Assembly (NCBI GenBank): GCA_047602405.1
Contig: JASGHJ010000002.1
Coordinates: forward strand, 1,600,001-1,664,000
Source: Anaeromyxobacteraceae bacterium
Lineage (GTDB): Bacteria; Myxococcota; Myxococcia; Myxococcales; Anaeromyxobacteraceae
DNA: 64,000 nucleotides
Direction: 5' to 3'
The notes below the pieces were generated by a model, which was not told the origin of the DNA, searched no databases, and was given only the letters and a program-made list of their open reading frames with translations. A program made the translations under genes and the position numbers. This document shows, in pieces, positions 11,763-30,742 of this stretch (position 1 is the first letter of the stretch; the number at the start of each line of letters is the position of its first letter).

Positions 11763-11921
11763 ATGGCCGGGAATCGCACGATCATCACGCTCGAGTGCAA
11801 GACCTGCAAAGAGCGGAACTACACGACGACGAAGAACAAGAAGAAGACGCAGGACAAGCTCACCCTCTCCAAGTACTGCCCGCGCTGCCGCAAGCACGTG
11901 GAGCACAAGGAGACGAAGTAG
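11763..11921 (+). CDS. rpmG: 50S ribosomal protein L33 (Zn-binding form); missed by the ORF track
   Basis: [52 protein letters not shown]. Confidence 0.96.
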   Translation: MAGNRTIITLECKTCKERNYTTTKNKKKTQDKLTLSKYCPRCRKHVEHKETK

Positions 11922-12013
11922 GGCCACTCCGCTCGGGGCAGGGGCAGGGCCCGAGCCGGGTGGGGCCCCGACGAGCTCGCTCGGCGGGGCGGGGGCCGAG
12001 CCCCCGGGAATAC

Positions 12014-12090
12014 AGGCCAGTAGCTCGAACGGCTAGAGCAGCGGTCTCCAAAACCGCGGGTTGGGGGTTCGAATCCCTCCTGGCCTGCCA
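12014..12090 (+). tRNA. tRNA-Trp(CCA)
   Basis: AGGCCAG acceptor stem, anticodon loop CTCCAAA, CCA end. Usual position before secE. Confidence 0.96.
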
Positions 12091-12155
12091 ACATGAACGG
12101 GCGGGGCCGTGACGAGCGGCCCCGCCCAACCGAAGAAGCGAGAGCAGCGGGAGCC

Positions 12156-12551
12156 ATGGAAAACGTCGCCGCCCAGAACGAGCAGCCCAGGCGCTACGTC
12201 GTCATCTTCTACGCGCTGTCCGCGATCGTGCTCGGGTTCTTCTTCGAGCGCGTCCTCTCGAAGGTGTTCGCAGGGCTCCGCGTCAACGACGCGCCGGTGT
12301 TCGCCGGCTACGCGGTCTCGACGCTGGTGGGCTTCGGCGTCGCCGTCGCGGCGGCCGTGGTGTGCTGGAGGGTCGAGCGGGTCCGGACCCTGGCGCTCCA
12401 GGTCGCGGAGGAGCTGCGCCGGGTCACCTGGCCGAGCTTCCGCGAGACGCGCGCCGCGACCCTCGCGGTGATCGTCGCCTCGGCGATCGCGGCGGTGGTC
12501 CTCGGCATCTTCGACTTCGTCTGGAGCTGGCTCAGCGCGCAGATCTACTGA
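12156..12551 (+). CDS. secE: Preprotein translocase SecE (3-TM type)
   Basis: [14 protein letters not shown] motif; conserved synteny. Confidence 0.93.
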   Translation: MENVAAQNEQPRRYVVIFYALSAIVLGFFFERVLSKVFAGLRVNDAPVFAGYAVSTLVGFGVAVAAAVVCWRVERVRTLALQVAEELRRVTWPSFRETRAATLAVIVASAIAAVVLGIFDFVWSWLSAQIY

Positions 12552-12666
12552 GCACGGGGCAGGGCGGGCGGGGCACTCCTGGGAGCCCCGGCGGTCAAGA
12601 ACCGCCGGCTGGCTCCTTCGGCGTCGAATGGGAAGCGGAATCGGGCGGGACTCGGGAGACGTGCAA

Positions 12667-13207
12667 ATGGCGAAGAAGTGGTACGCCGTCCATACCTACT
12701 CGGGCTTCGAGAACAAGGTGCGGAAGTCGCTCGAGGAGCGCATCCGCCAGCACGCCCTCGAGGAGCGCTTCGGCGAGAATCCTCGTCCCGATGGAGGTCG
12801 TGCAGGAGATGATCAAGGGGGAGAAGAAGACCTCCAAGCGGAAGATCTTCCCCGGCTACGTCCTCGTGAACATGGAGATGGACGTCGAGACCTGGCACCT
12901 CGTGAAGGGCACGGCCAAGGTCACCGGGTTCGTCGGCAACGCGAAGACGCCGAACGAGGTCCCCGTCGTCTCCGATGGCGAGGTCGCCCGCCTCACCTCC
13001 CAGATCTCCGAGGGCAGCCTCAAGCCGAAGCCGAAGGTCCAGTACGAGGAGGGCGATTCGGTCCGCGTGATCGACGGCCCGTTCTCGAACTTCAACGGCA
13101 CGGTCGAGGAGGTCAAGCCGGACAAGCAGAAGGTCCGGGTCCTCGTCTCCATCTTCGGCCGCGCGACGCCGGTCGAGCTCGATTTCATGCAGGTCGAAAA
13201 GACGTAG
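12667..13207 (+). CDS. nusG: Transcription factor NusG, apparent +1 frameshift at 12777-12781
   Basis: [15 protein letters not shown] ... GE(I)LVP ... FPGYVLV ... KOW region GPFSNFNG and [10 protein letters not shown]. Confidence 0.96.
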
Positions 13208-13293
13208 CAGTCCGCAGTTAACGAAGCGTGGAAGGGCCGTCAGGCCCGCAACGACCACGCAGGGCCACCGCGAGGTGGTCCGGAAGGGAAGCC

Positions 13294-13740
13294 ATGAAGA
13301 AGGTCACAGGGCAAATCAAGCTCCAGCTGCCCGCCGGCAAGGCGAACCCGGCGCCCCCCGTGGGCCCGGCGCTCGGCCAGCACGGCGTGAACATCATGGA
13401 GTTCTGCAAGCAGTTCAACGCGGCGACGCAGGCGCAGGCGAAGGACGCGCTCATCATCCCGGTCATCATCACGGTGTACCAGGACCGGTCCTTCACCTTC
13501 ATCCTGAAGACCCCGCCCGCAGCGATCCTCCTCAAGAAGGCCGCCGGCCTCCACACCGAGAAGAAGAAGGGCTCCGGGGCGCACAAGCCCGGCAAGGAGA
13601 CGGTGGCGACGGTGAAGCGCAAGCAGGTCGAGCAGATCGCCAAGCTCAAGATGCCGGACATGACGGCGGGCAGCCTCGAGGCCGCGATGCGGACCATCGA
13701 GGGCACCGCCCGGTCCATGGGCATCACGGTCGCCGACTAG
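13294..13740 (+). CDS. rplK: 50S ribosomal protein L11
   Basis: [32 protein letters not shown]. Confidence 0.98.
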   Translation: MKKVTGQIKLQLPAGKANPAPPVGPALGQHGVNIMEFCKQFNAATQAQAKDALIIPVIITVYQDRSFTFILKTPPAAILLKKAAGLHTEKKKGSGAHKPGKETVATVKRKQVEQIAKLKMPDMTAGSLEAAMRTIEGTARSMGITVAD

Positions 13741-13758
13741 CGCGAGGAGGACACGAAC

Positions 13759-14460
<702 letters not shown>

Positions 14461-14751
14461 CGCGAAGACTCTGTGCAGGACCGGCGGCCAATCTCGGCCG
14501 CCGGGTTTCTGGTCCAAGACAGCGGGCCTGCCTTGGCCGCCCCGAGTGCGGAAGTGCGTAGGGGCGGAGGAGGCGGCGAAGCGGAGTCCGAAAGGCTCCG
14601 ACCCGCCGAGACGGGAACGCGGTTCACTGTAGCAGCGTCCCCTGCTTGGCCAGGGGGCCTCGAGTACCGGCCGTCCGGCCGAATCGAAGCCCGCATCGCA
14701 ACGCAGCCGAGCCCGCATCGAGCGGCCGGCAGGAAAGGTGGTGAGTTCGAT
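14461..14751 (+). promoter_or_regulatory. Long structured rplJ 5' leader (probable L10-L12 autoregulatory leader)
   Basis: About 290 nt of non-coding sequence with several hairpins, at the position where L10 leaders occur. Not checked against a covariance model. Confidence 0.5.
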
Positions 14752-15276
14752 TTGAACCGGACGGAGAAGGAAGAGGTCATCGGAGAGCTGCACGGCCTGA
14801 TGGCGAAGGCGAAGGCCGCCATCGTCGCCGAGCCCAGGGGTCTCGACGTCGCGACGGTCACCGAGCTGCGCAGGAAGCTGCGCGACGCGAAGATCGACTA
14901 TCGCATCGTCAAGAACACGCTCGCCGCACGCGCCGCCAAGGGCACGTCGGTGGAGAAGGTGTCGGACAAGTTCGTGGGTCCCACCGCGATCGTCATGTCC
15001 TATGACGACGTGGTCGCCCCGGCGAAGCTGCTCGCGGAGTTCATGAAGGACCGCGAGAACTTCGCGATCCGCACCGCGGTCGTCGAGGGCAACGTCATCG
15101 ACGCGAAGGGCGTTCAGGCCCTCGCGAAGCTGCCGGGCATCCAGGAGCTGCGCGCGCAGATCCTGTCGGCCCTCAACGGCCCCGCGACGAAGCTCGTTCG
15201 CATGATCGGCACCCCGGGCAGCCAGCTGGCGCGCGTCCTCGGCGCACGCCGCGAGCAGCTCGAGAAGCAGGGTTAA
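14752..15276 (+). CDS. rplJ: 50S ribosomal protein L10
   Basis: TTG start, LNRTEKEEV, VKNTLAARA, LAKLPG. Confidence 0.96.
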   Translation: MNRTEKEEVIGELHGLMAKAKAAIVAEPRGLDVATVTELRRKLRDAKIDYRIVKNTLAARAAKGTSVEKVSDKFVGPTAIVMSYDDVVAPAKLLAEFMKDRENFAIRTAVVEGNVIDAKGVQALAKLPGIQELRAQILSALNGPATKLVRMIGTPGSQLARVLGARREQLEKQG

Positions 15277-15358
15277 TAACGGTACGTGAACCGCCACCCG
15301 GAGCGATCCGGGGGCACAACGGATTCAGCACAGCGAACAGAAAGAAGGACACGCAGTC

Positions 15359-15736
15359 ATGGCCGATCTCAACGCAATCATCGATCAGCTGTCCGGTCTC
15401 ACCGTCATGGAGGCCGCCGACCTGGTCAAGAAGCTCGAGGAGAAGTGGGGCGTCTCCGCTGCCGCCGCGCCGGTGATGATGGCCGGTGGTGGTGGCGCCG
15501 CCGCGGCGGCCCCGGCCGAGGAGAAGACCGAGTTCACGGTCGTCCTCGCCGACGCCGGCGCGAACAAGATCAACGTGATCAAGGAGGTCCGCGCGATCAC
15601 GGGCCTCGGCCTCAAGGAGGCCAAGGATCTCGTCGAGGGTGCCCCCAAGGAGGTCAAGGCGGGTATCCCGAAGGCGGAGGCCGACGAGCTCAAGAAGAAG
15701 CTCGAGGCCGCTGGCGCGAAGGTCGAGGTCAAGTAG
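15359..15736 (+). CDS. rplL: 50S ribosomal protein L7/L12
   Basis: EEKTEFTV and [24 protein letters not shown]. Confidence 0.98.
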   Translation: MADLNAIIDQLSGLTVMEAADLVKKLEEKWGVSAAAAPVMMAGGGGAAAAAPAEEKTEFTVVLADAGANKINVIKEVRAITGLGLKEAKDLVEGAPKEVKAGIPKAEADELKKKLEAAGAKVEVK

Positions 15737-15749
15737 TTCGAGGCACCGG

Positions 15750-15797
15750 GTGGGGCACGGGGGACCTGGCTTGCAGGCAGGCCCTCCGTGCCACACC
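15750..15797 (+). terminator. Hairpin after rplL (attenuator/terminator candidate)
   Basis: Imperfect inverted repeat GTGGGGCACGG...CCGTGCCACAC. Confidence 0.4.
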
Positions 15798-15807
15798 GTT
15801 GGATTCT

Positions 15808-15836
15808 TTGACGGGCGAGGCCGCAGCCGTTACTAA
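15808..15836 (+). promoter_or_regulatory. Putative internal rpoBC promoter
   Basis: TTGACG-N17-TACTAA. Confidence 0.5.
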
Positions 15837-15961
15837 CCCGTATCCCTTCCAGCATTCCGTGCACCCCCCGGCCGTGAGGCCGTAAGTCGCGAGCAGCCCG
15901 CCGGCCGGCGGGCTCGAGCCGTTTGTACGGAAGCGGAAGAGGGCGCGAGGGCACCACCGCG

Positions 15962-20210
<4,249 letters not shown>

Positions 20211-20253
20211 TCAGCGTCCTCGGCAAACGATTCGAGAAGAAAGAGGGAATGAC

Positions 20254-24442
<4,189 letters not shown>

Positions 24443-24766
24443 CACCGACGGCGGCGCAGCCGCCGGAGGTCGTCTTCCCCAGGGGCTCGGCGCTCAGGCG
24501 CCGGGCCCCTTCGCTTTCCCCGGGACGCGCGCGCGCCGATCCCGGGCCGTAGCCGGGACTCCCCGTCGAGTCCCTCTTGGGTCTCGACCATTCTTGATTC
24601 AGAGCAAATACGACCGCTTGCCCGGCCGCCCGCGAGGGTCCGTGCAGAAGGGGAATGCCTTTTCCTGGATCGTGGTCATATTGGCACACATTCCCGCTGC
24701 TCCGCCGTCTGCGACCCAGAATCAACTGGCCGTAACCCCCCGCAACCTTGGGAATGTCCGCCTAGC

Positions 24767-24796
24767 TTGACTTGATGAGTCCACATTAGCTAAAGT
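24767..24796 (+). promoter_or_regulatory. Putative promoter of the sigma factor gene
   Basis: TTGACT-N18-TAAAGT within a lower-GC intergenic region. Confidence 0.4.
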
Positions 24797-24859
24797 CACC
24801 TTACGTCACCTGCCCGCGGCAATCCGACGCAGCATCATCCCCGGGGAGAGGCACTGTCG

Positions 24860-25582
24860 ATGAGGACTGGCACCCAGCGCAGCAGCAAGGAGTTCGAGGA
24901 GCTCGCCCCGTACCTGAAGGCGGTCCGGGACTACCCGCCGCTCTCCCGCGAGGAGGAGCACGCGCTCGCCGTGAAGGCGCGCAAGGGCGAGGTCCGGGCG
25001 AAGCAGAAGCTCGTCCGCCACAACCTCGCCTTCGTGGTCGCGATCTCGCGCAAGCAGCGCCGCGGCACCGTGCGGCTCGACGACCTCATCCAGGAGGGCA
25101 ACGTCGGCCTCATGCGCGCGGTCGAGAAGTTCGACCCGGACGCGGGCACCCGCTTCTCCACCTACGCGGTGTGGTGGATCCGCGCCTACGTCGGGAAGTA
25201 CCTCAAGGAGGCCCGCTCCACGGTCCGCCCGCAGTCGGGCACCGTCGCGCAGCCCGACCTGTCGCTCGACGCCTCGATCGACGAGGAGGGCGACGCGACG
25301 CACCTCGAGCGCATCGAGGACGACGGCCCCGGCCCGGAGGACACCTACCTCTCGAGCGAGGGCGACCGCGAGGTCCGCGACGCGCTCGGCAAGGTCCGCA
25401 AGCGCATCGGCGAGCTCGGCTGGGACATCGTCCACAACCGGCTCGAGCAGGACCAGCCGCGGACGCTGGAGGAGATCGGCAAGCGCTGGGGCGTCTCGCG
25501 CGAGCGCGTCCGCCAGGTCGAGCTCAAGACGAAGCAGTTCCTCGAGCGCTACCTCGAGGGCGTCGACCGCGACGCAGCCTGA
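24860..25582 (+). CDS. Alternative sigma-70 family factor (RpoD/RpoH-like, compact)
   Basis: Region 1.2 YLKAVRDYPPLSREEE, region 2 DLIQEGNVGLMRAVEKFDP..RFSTYAVWWIR, region 4 TLEEIGKRWGVSRERVRQVE. Confidence 0.93.
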   Translation: MRTGTQRSSKEFEELAPYLKAVRDYPPLSREEEHALAVKARKGEVRAKQKLVRHNLAFVVAISRKQRRGTVRLDDLIQEGNVGLMRAVEKFDPDAGTRFSTYAVWWIRAYVGKYLKEARSTVRPQSGTVAQPDLSLDASIDEEGDATHLERIEDDGPGPEDTYLSSEGDREVRDALGKVRKRIGELGWDIVHNRLEQDQPRTLEEIGKRWGVSRERVRQVELKTKQFLERYLEGVDRDAA

Positions 25583-25627
25583 GCCACGCGGCCAGCACGC
25601 GGCGGCTTCGCCGCCGCGTTGCCCGTG

Positions 25628-25669
25628 GAAACGAGCGGCCCGCTCCCGGTGAGCGGGCCGTTTCGTTTC
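25628..25669 (+). terminator. Intrinsic terminator-like hairpin
   Basis: GAAACGAGCGGCCCGCTC-loop-GAGCGGGCCGTTTCGTTTC. Confidence 0.65.
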
Positions 25670-25794
25670 TGCGCCCCGCGTCCCCACCGTCCATCTCGCG
25701 GACCACCGTCCGCGCCGCGTCCCCCCGAACTCGAGCACCTTCGAGTGTTCCCGCGAGGTTCGCCGCAGGCACACCTGCTGCACTCGTCCCGGGG

Positions 25795-26376
25795 ATGCCC
25801 GTCCTCTCGCAGGACCCCCGCTTCACCCGCGTCCTCTCCGCCGGCGCGCACGAGGCCCTCCGGAAGGCCCACGAGACGGTCCGGACGGCCCGCGCCGAGT
25901 CCGCCGCCATCCGCGAGGCCGCCCGCCTGGAGGGCCTCGCCCAGGGCCGCGCGGAGGCCGCTGCCGTGCTCGCGACCGCGTCGATGGCCCGCGACCGCCT
26001 CCTCGCCGGCGCCGGCCCCGAGCTCGTCGCGCTCGCGCTGCTCGTCGCCCGGAAGATCCTGGCGGAGGAGCCGCGCACCCCGCCCGAGCGCGCCGCCGCG
26101 CTCGCCGCGCAGGTCCTCGCCGAGGTCCGCGAGCGGCGGGGCGTGACGGTCCGGGCCCACCCCGGCGACGTCGCCCGCGTCCGGGCGGCCATCCCGGAGG
26201 AGATCCCGGTCGAGCCCGACGCGCAGGTCGAGCCCGGCGGCTGCGCGCTCGAGACCCCGGCCGGGCGCATCGAGGCCGGACTCGACGCCCAGCTCGAGGA
26301 GCTCGCCCGGGCCCTCGGCGCCGCGCCCGGCTACGGCTCCGGCGCGGACCCCGTCGCCGGGGAGGACGCCCCGTGA
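25795..26376 (+). CDS. SctL/FliH-like ATPase stator
   Basis: AxxxG-like repeats (ARLEGLAQGRAE), VRAHPGD and GGCALETPAGRIEAGLDAQL. Overlaps the ATPase start. Confidence 0.8.
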   Translation: MPVLSQDPRFTRVLSAGAHEALRKAHETVRTARAESAAIREAARLEGLAQGRAEAAAVLATASMARDRLLAGAGPELVALALLVARKILAEEPRTPPERAAALAAQVLAEVRERRGVTVRAHPGDVARVRAAIPEEIPVEPDAQVEPGGCALETPAGRIEAGLDAQLEELARALGAAPGYGSGADPVAGEDAP

Positions 26377-27698
26377 CGCCCGACGCCGGCGACGCGCTCG
26401 CGGCCGCACGGGCGCGCCTCCATCGGGCGGCGCCGCTCCGCGCGCGCGGGAGGCTCACCCGCGTGGCCGCGCACGCGCTCGAGGCCGAGGCCGCCGGGCT
26501 GCGCCTCGGAGACGCCGTCGAGATCCGCCGCCCCGGGGACGAGCCGCTCCAGGCAGAGGTGGTGGCCCTGCGGGAGGACCGGGCGGTGCTGGTCCCCCTG
26601 GGTGACCCCCGGGGGCTCGCGCCGTCCGCGGAGGTCGTGCCCGTGGGCGGGCGGGCCTGGATCCGGGCGGGCGAGGCGCTCCGGGGCCGCATCCTCGACG
26701 GCCTGGGGCGGCCCATCGACGGGCGGCCCCCGCCGCTCGACCTGCCGCGCTGGGACGTGGATCGTCCGCCCCCTCCGCCGCTCTCGCGGCCTCGCATCCG
26801 GGCGCCGCTGCCGCTGGGGGTGCGGGTGCTCGACGCGCTCCTGACGGCCGGGGTGGGGCAGCGCCTCGGGCTCTTCGCCGCCGCCGGCGTGGGTAAGTCG
26901 ACGCTGCTCGGCCAGCTCGTCCGGCAGGCCCGCGCCGACGTCGCGGTGGTGGGGCTCGTCGGCGAGCGCGGACGGGAGGTGCGCGAGTTCGTGGACGACG
27001 CGCTCGGGCCCGAGGGGCTCGCGCGGAGCGTGCTCGTGGTGGCGACGAGCGACGCGCCGGCCATGGTGCGGGCGCGGGCGGCCCACGTCGCGACCGCGAT
27101 CGCGGAGTGGTTCGCCGACCGGGGTGGCTCGGTGCTGCTCGTGCTCGACTCGCTCACGCGCCACGCGCGGGCGCTCCGGGAGGTCGCCCTCGCCGCCGGT
27201 GAGCCGCCCGCGCGCCACGGGTACCCCGCGAGCGTGTTCGGGGCGCTGCCGCGGCTCCTCGAGCGGGCCGGCCCGCGGCCGCGGGGCGCCATCACCTCCA
27301 TCTCGACCGTGCTCGTCGCCGGCGACGATCCGGACGAGCCCGTCGCCGACGAGGTGCGCGGGCTCCTCGACGGGCACGTGGTGCTCGACCGGGAGCGCGC
27401 CGCCGCCGGGGTCTTCCCCGCCGTGAACGCGCCGGCGAGCGTCTCCCGGCTCATGGCGGCGGTGGCGGCGCCGGAGCACCGGCGGGCCGCGGCGCGGCTC
27501 CGGGCGCTGCTCGCCGCCCACGCGCGCGGGCAGGACCTCCTCGCCGTGGGCGCCTACGCGCCCGGGGGCGATCCCGACCTCGACGCCTACCTCGCGCGGC
27601 GAGAGGCCATCGAGGCCTTCCTCGCGCAGGACACGGCCGAGGCGGCGCCGTTCGGCGAGACCGTGCGGCGGCTCGTGGCCCTCGTGGAGGGCGCGTGA
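26373..27698 (+). CDS. Type III secretion ATPase, SctN/FliI family
   Basis: Walker A GLFAAAGVGKS, GERGREVREF, DSLTR, LPRLLERAG and DGHVVL motifs. Confidence 0.92.
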   Translation: MTPDAGDALAAARARLHRAAPLRARGRLTRVAAHALEAEAAGLRLGDAVEIRRPGDEPLQAEVVALREDRAVLVPLGDPRGLAPSAEVVPVGGRAWIRAGEALRGRILDGLGRPIDGRPPPLDLPRWDVDRPPPPPLSRPRIRAPLPLGVRVLDALLTAGVGQRLGLFAAAGVGKSTLLGQLVRQARADVAVVGLVGERGREVREFVDDALGPEGLARSVLVVATSDAPAMVRARAAHVATAIAEWFADRGGSVLLVLDSLTRHARALREVALAAGEPPARHGYPASVFGALPRLLERAGPRPRGAITSISTVLVAGDDPDEPVADEVRGLLDGHVVLDRERAAAGVFPAVNAPASVSRLMAAVAAPEHRRAAARLRALLAAHARGQDLLAVGAYAPGGDPDLDAYLARREAIEAFLAQDTAEAAPFGETVRRLVALVEGA

Positions 27699-28105
27699 GG
27701 TACCGGCTCGAGGCGCTCCTCCGGGTGAGCGCGCGGGACGAGCGGCGCCGCGCCGCCGCGCTCGGGGAGGCCCTGCGCGAGGCGCAGGGCGCCGACGGGG
27801 AGGCCGCCGCCCACCGTCTGCGGGCGGCGGCGGCGGCGACGTGCGCCTCCGCCACGGTCCAGGTCTTCGCGCTCCAGCGCGCCGCCCGGTTCGCGGAGGA
27901 GGCGCGGGGCCTCGCCGAGGGGGCCGCGCGAAGGGCCGCGGACGCCCGGGAGGAGGCGGAGCTCCGGCGGGAGGCGCTCGGGGCCGCCGCGCGGGCGCGG
28001 GGCGCGCTCGAGCGCCACCGGGCGCGGTGGGCCGCCGGCGTCCGGCGGGCCGGCGCGCGGCGCGAGGAGGACGCGCGGGACGACCTCCGCGCTATCCGGC
28101 CATGA
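27695..28105 (+). CDS. SctO/FliJ-like coiled-coil stalk protein
   Basis: MRYRLEALLRV start, helical composition, positioned directly after the ATPase. Confidence 0.65.
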   Translation: MRYRLEALLRVSARDERRRAAALGEALREAQGADGEAAAHRLRAAAAATCASATVQVFALQRAARFAEEARGLAEGAARRAADAREEAELRREALGAAARARGALERHRARWAAGVRRAGARREEDARDDLRAIRP

Positions 28106-28451
28106 GCTGGCGCAGGCGCGCCACGAGCTCGGTGTTCTCGAAGGGCTTGCGGACGAAGCCGTTCGCGCCGGCCTCGATCGAGCGGCGGGGCAGGTCGGGC
28201 CCGGGGCGGGCCGAGACGACCAGGATCGGCCCCGTGAAGCCGCCGGCCCGCATCCGCCGGCACAGCTCGAGCCCGTCCATCCCGGGCATGGCCACGTCGA
28301 CGAGCACGGCGGCCGCATCCCGGTAGCGCTCGAGGGCCTCCTCCGCCCGGCGGGCCACGACCGGCTCCATCCCCTCGAGCTCGAGCAGGGTCGCGAGGAA
28401 GGTGCAGATCTCGCGGTCGTCGTCGACGAGGAGGACCCGCGGCGTGCTCAT
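28092..28451 (-). CDS. Single-domain response regulator
   Basis: RVLLVDDD, LVDVAMPGMDG, VVSA and RKPF motifs. Confidence 0.9.
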   Translation of the reverse strand: MSTPRVLLVDDDREICTFLATLLELEGMEPVVARRAEEALERYRDAAAVLVDVAMPGMDGLELCRRMRAGGFTGPILVVSARPGPDLPRRSIEAGANGFVRKPFENTELVARLRQLMAG

Positions 28452-28936
28452 CGCTGCACCAGCCCCTCGGTCGCCGAGCCCTGGACGCAGTCGATGCGGA
28501 GGGTCTTCGGCCTCAGGTCCTCGGGGGGCGCCGCCTCGTCCTTGCGGAACTGGCGCAGCGAGAGGACCACCTTGTCGCCGGCGCGGACGGTCTTGCGCTG
28601 GAAGGCCCAGCCCCCGTCGAGCGTGAAGGTGACGTCGGTCCAGTTGTCGGCCGACTCGTTCGCGACGAGCACCTGGGCCCCGACGAGCGACTCGTCGCCC
28701 GGGAGGAGCCTCACCACCGCCCGGAGCGCGTTCGTGGGGCCGGACGAGGGGCAGGAGGCGAAGAGCGCCGCGATCGAGAGCAGCGCCCAGGTGGCGACCA
28801 CCGCGACCCGCATCCGGAAGTAGCGGGTGGACCTCCGGTAGCCGTCCGCGAAGTCGGTCGCGAGATCGCGGGCGAGGTCCTTCACGCGCCTCGCGGCGGC
28901 GGGGACCGCCTCGGCGGGCCTGGGCGTCTGGGCCAT
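28448..28936 (-). CDS. Hypothetical membrane-anchored protein
   Basis: One TM helix followed by a beta-rich domain. Coupled to the neighbouring gene. Confidence 0.7.
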   Translation of the reverse strand: MAQTPRPAEAVPAAARRVKDLARDLATDFADGYRRSTRYFRMRVAVVATWALLSIAALFASCPSSGPTNALRAVVRLLPGDESLVGAQVLVANESADNWTDVTFTLDGGWAFQRKTVRAGDKVVLSLRQFRKDEAAPPEDLRPKTLRIDCVQGSATEGLVQR

Positions 28937-28975
28937 CGGAGGAGAGGGTACGCCGGGGTCCGCGGGGCGGACAAG

Positions 28976-29743
28976 CTACTCCGCCGCCGCGCCCTCGAGG
29001 CCGGCCGCGGCGACCGCCTTGTCGGGGTTGCCGCCGAGGCCGCCGAGCGCGCGGTGCTGGGCGATGACCCGCCGGCGCACCTCCACGAGGAGGTCGGTGC
29101 GGTCCGGGAAGTCGGCCGGGTTCACGGCTTCCCCCAGGGAGACCCGGATCGTCCCGGGCAAGGCGAAGATTGCGCCCTTCGGGTTGAGCGCGCCCGCGCC
29201 GGCGATCGCGACCGGGACGACCGGGACGCCGGCCTCCTTCGCGACGACGAACGGCCCCTTCTTGAAGGCGTGCACGAGGCCGTCCTTCGAGCGGGTGCCC
29301 TCGGGGAAGGCGATGATGGAGGTGCCGCCGCGGATCATCTCGCCCGCGCGGCGCAGGGTCTGGATGGCGTTCGAGCGGTTCGCGCGGTCCACCGGCACGT
29401 GCCCGCCGATCCGCATGTACCAGCCGAAGATCGGCAGCTCGAAGAGCTCGCGCTTGGCGATGAAGCGGACGTTGCGGGGCAAGACCTTGAAGAGGACGCA
29501 GATGTCGAGCGCGCTCTCGTGGTTCGCGGCGAACACGAGCGGACCGTCGGGCAGCTTCGCGGAGGTCACCTCGACCCTCGCGCCGGCGAACCACAGGATC
29601 GACGGCCCCCACAGGCGCCGCCCGAACCAGCCCCAGATGTCGCCGTTGCCCGTGAGGAAGCGCACCGGCAGCCCGGCGAAGATGAAGAAGAGGGTGGTGA
29701 GCCCAAGCCAGACCGCCGTGATCCAGCCGCGTACGTGCCCCAT
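28976..29743 (-). CDS. plsC: 1-acyl-sn-glycerol-3-phosphate acyltransferase
   Basis: NHESALD, FIAKREL and FPEGTRS motifs. Confidence 0.9.
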   Translation of the reverse strand: MGHVRGWITAVWLGLTTLFFIFAGLPVRFLTGNGDIWGWFGRRLWGPSILWFAGARVEVTSAKLPDGPLVFAANHESALDICVLFKVLPRNVRFIAKRELFELPIFGWYMRIGGHVPVDRANRSNAIQTLRRAGEMIRGGTSIIAFPEGTRSKDGLVHAFKKGPFVVAKEAGVPVVPVAIAGAGALNPKGAIFALPGTIRVSLGEAVNPADFPDRTDLLVEVRRRVIAQHRALGGLGGNPDKAVAAAGLEGAAAE

Positions 29744-29798
29744 CGCGCCGGTTCCTTACCACACCGCGGACGCGGGCGGCGGTGTAGGCTCGCGGCGC

Positions 29799-30731
29799 AT
29801 GGCGACCCCCGCCTTCCTCGAGGTCCGCGCCGAGGTCGCGGCCGCGCTCGCCGCCGGGCGGCCCGTGGTCGCGCTCGAGACGAGCGTCGTCGCGCAGGGG
29901 CTGCCCCCGCCACACGGCGCCACCGCCGCGGCCCGCTGCGAGGCCGCCGTGCGGGCCGCCGGGGCCCTGCCCGCCACGGTCGCGGTGCTCGGCGGGCGGC
30001 TCGTCGTGGGCGCCACGGCCGGTGAGGTCGCCGCGCTCGCCGACCGGACGCGGCCGGTCGCGAAGGCCGCCGCGCGGGACCTCGGCCCGCTCGTCGCGGC
30101 GGGGCGCGACGCGGGCACCACGGTGTCGGCGACGGTGCTCGCCGCGGGGCTCGCGGGCATCCCCGTCGTCGCCACGGGTGGCCTCGGCGGCGTGCACCGC
30201 CTCCTCCCGGGCGACCCCCCGGCGGCGGCCGGCGACGTCTCGGCCGACCTGTACGAGCTCGCCCGGACGCCGGTCTGCGTGGTGTGCGCGGGCCCGAAGG
30301 TCATCCTGGACGTGCCGGCGACGGCCGAGCTGCTCGAGAGCCTGGGCGTGCCGATCCTCGGCTTCGGCACCTCCGAGCTCCCCGCCTTCTACGTCGCGAG
30401 CTCCGGCGTGGCGCTCGAGCACCGGGTGGACGACCCGGGGGCCGCGGCGCGGGCGGTGGCCGCCCACCTCGCGCTCGGGCGCGGGGGGCTCGTCCTCGCG
30501 GTCCCGCCGCCGGCGCCGCTGCCCGGCGACGAGGTGGAGGCCGCGCTCGCGGGCGCCCTCGCGACGGCGCGCGCGCGGGGGGCGGTCGGGAAGGCCGCCA
30601 CGCCGCTCCTGCTCGAGGCCCTGGCGACCGCGACCCGGGGTCGTGCCGTCGAGGCGAACCTCGCCTTGCTCGAGCGCAACGCGGCGGTCGCCGGCGACGT
30701 CGCCCGCGCGCTCCGCGGCCGAGCGGGGTAG
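29799..30731 (+). CDS. psuG: Pseudouridine-5'-phosphate glycosidase
   Basis: [32 protein letters not shown] and DVSADL motifs. Confidence 0.9.
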   Translation: MATPAFLEVRAEVAAALAAGRPVVALETSVVAQGLPPPHGATAAARCEAAVRAAGALPATVAVLGGRLVVGATAGEVAALADRTRPVAKAAARDLGPLVAAGRDAGTTVSATVLAAGLAGIPVVATGGLGGVHRLLPGDPPAAAGDVSADLYELARTPVCVVCAGPKVILDVPATAELLESLGVPILGFGTSELPAFYVASSGVALEHRVDDPGAAARAVAAHLALGRGGLVLAVPPPAPLPGDEVEAALAGALATARARGAVGKAATPLLLEALATATRGRAVEANLALLERNAAVAGDVARALRGRAG

Positions 30732-30742
30732 AATCGCCCGCG

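Noticed and set aside
24682..24697. Sigma54 promoter upstream of the sigma factor
   Set aside because: TGGCAC is present, but the GC is off by one and there is no TTGC.
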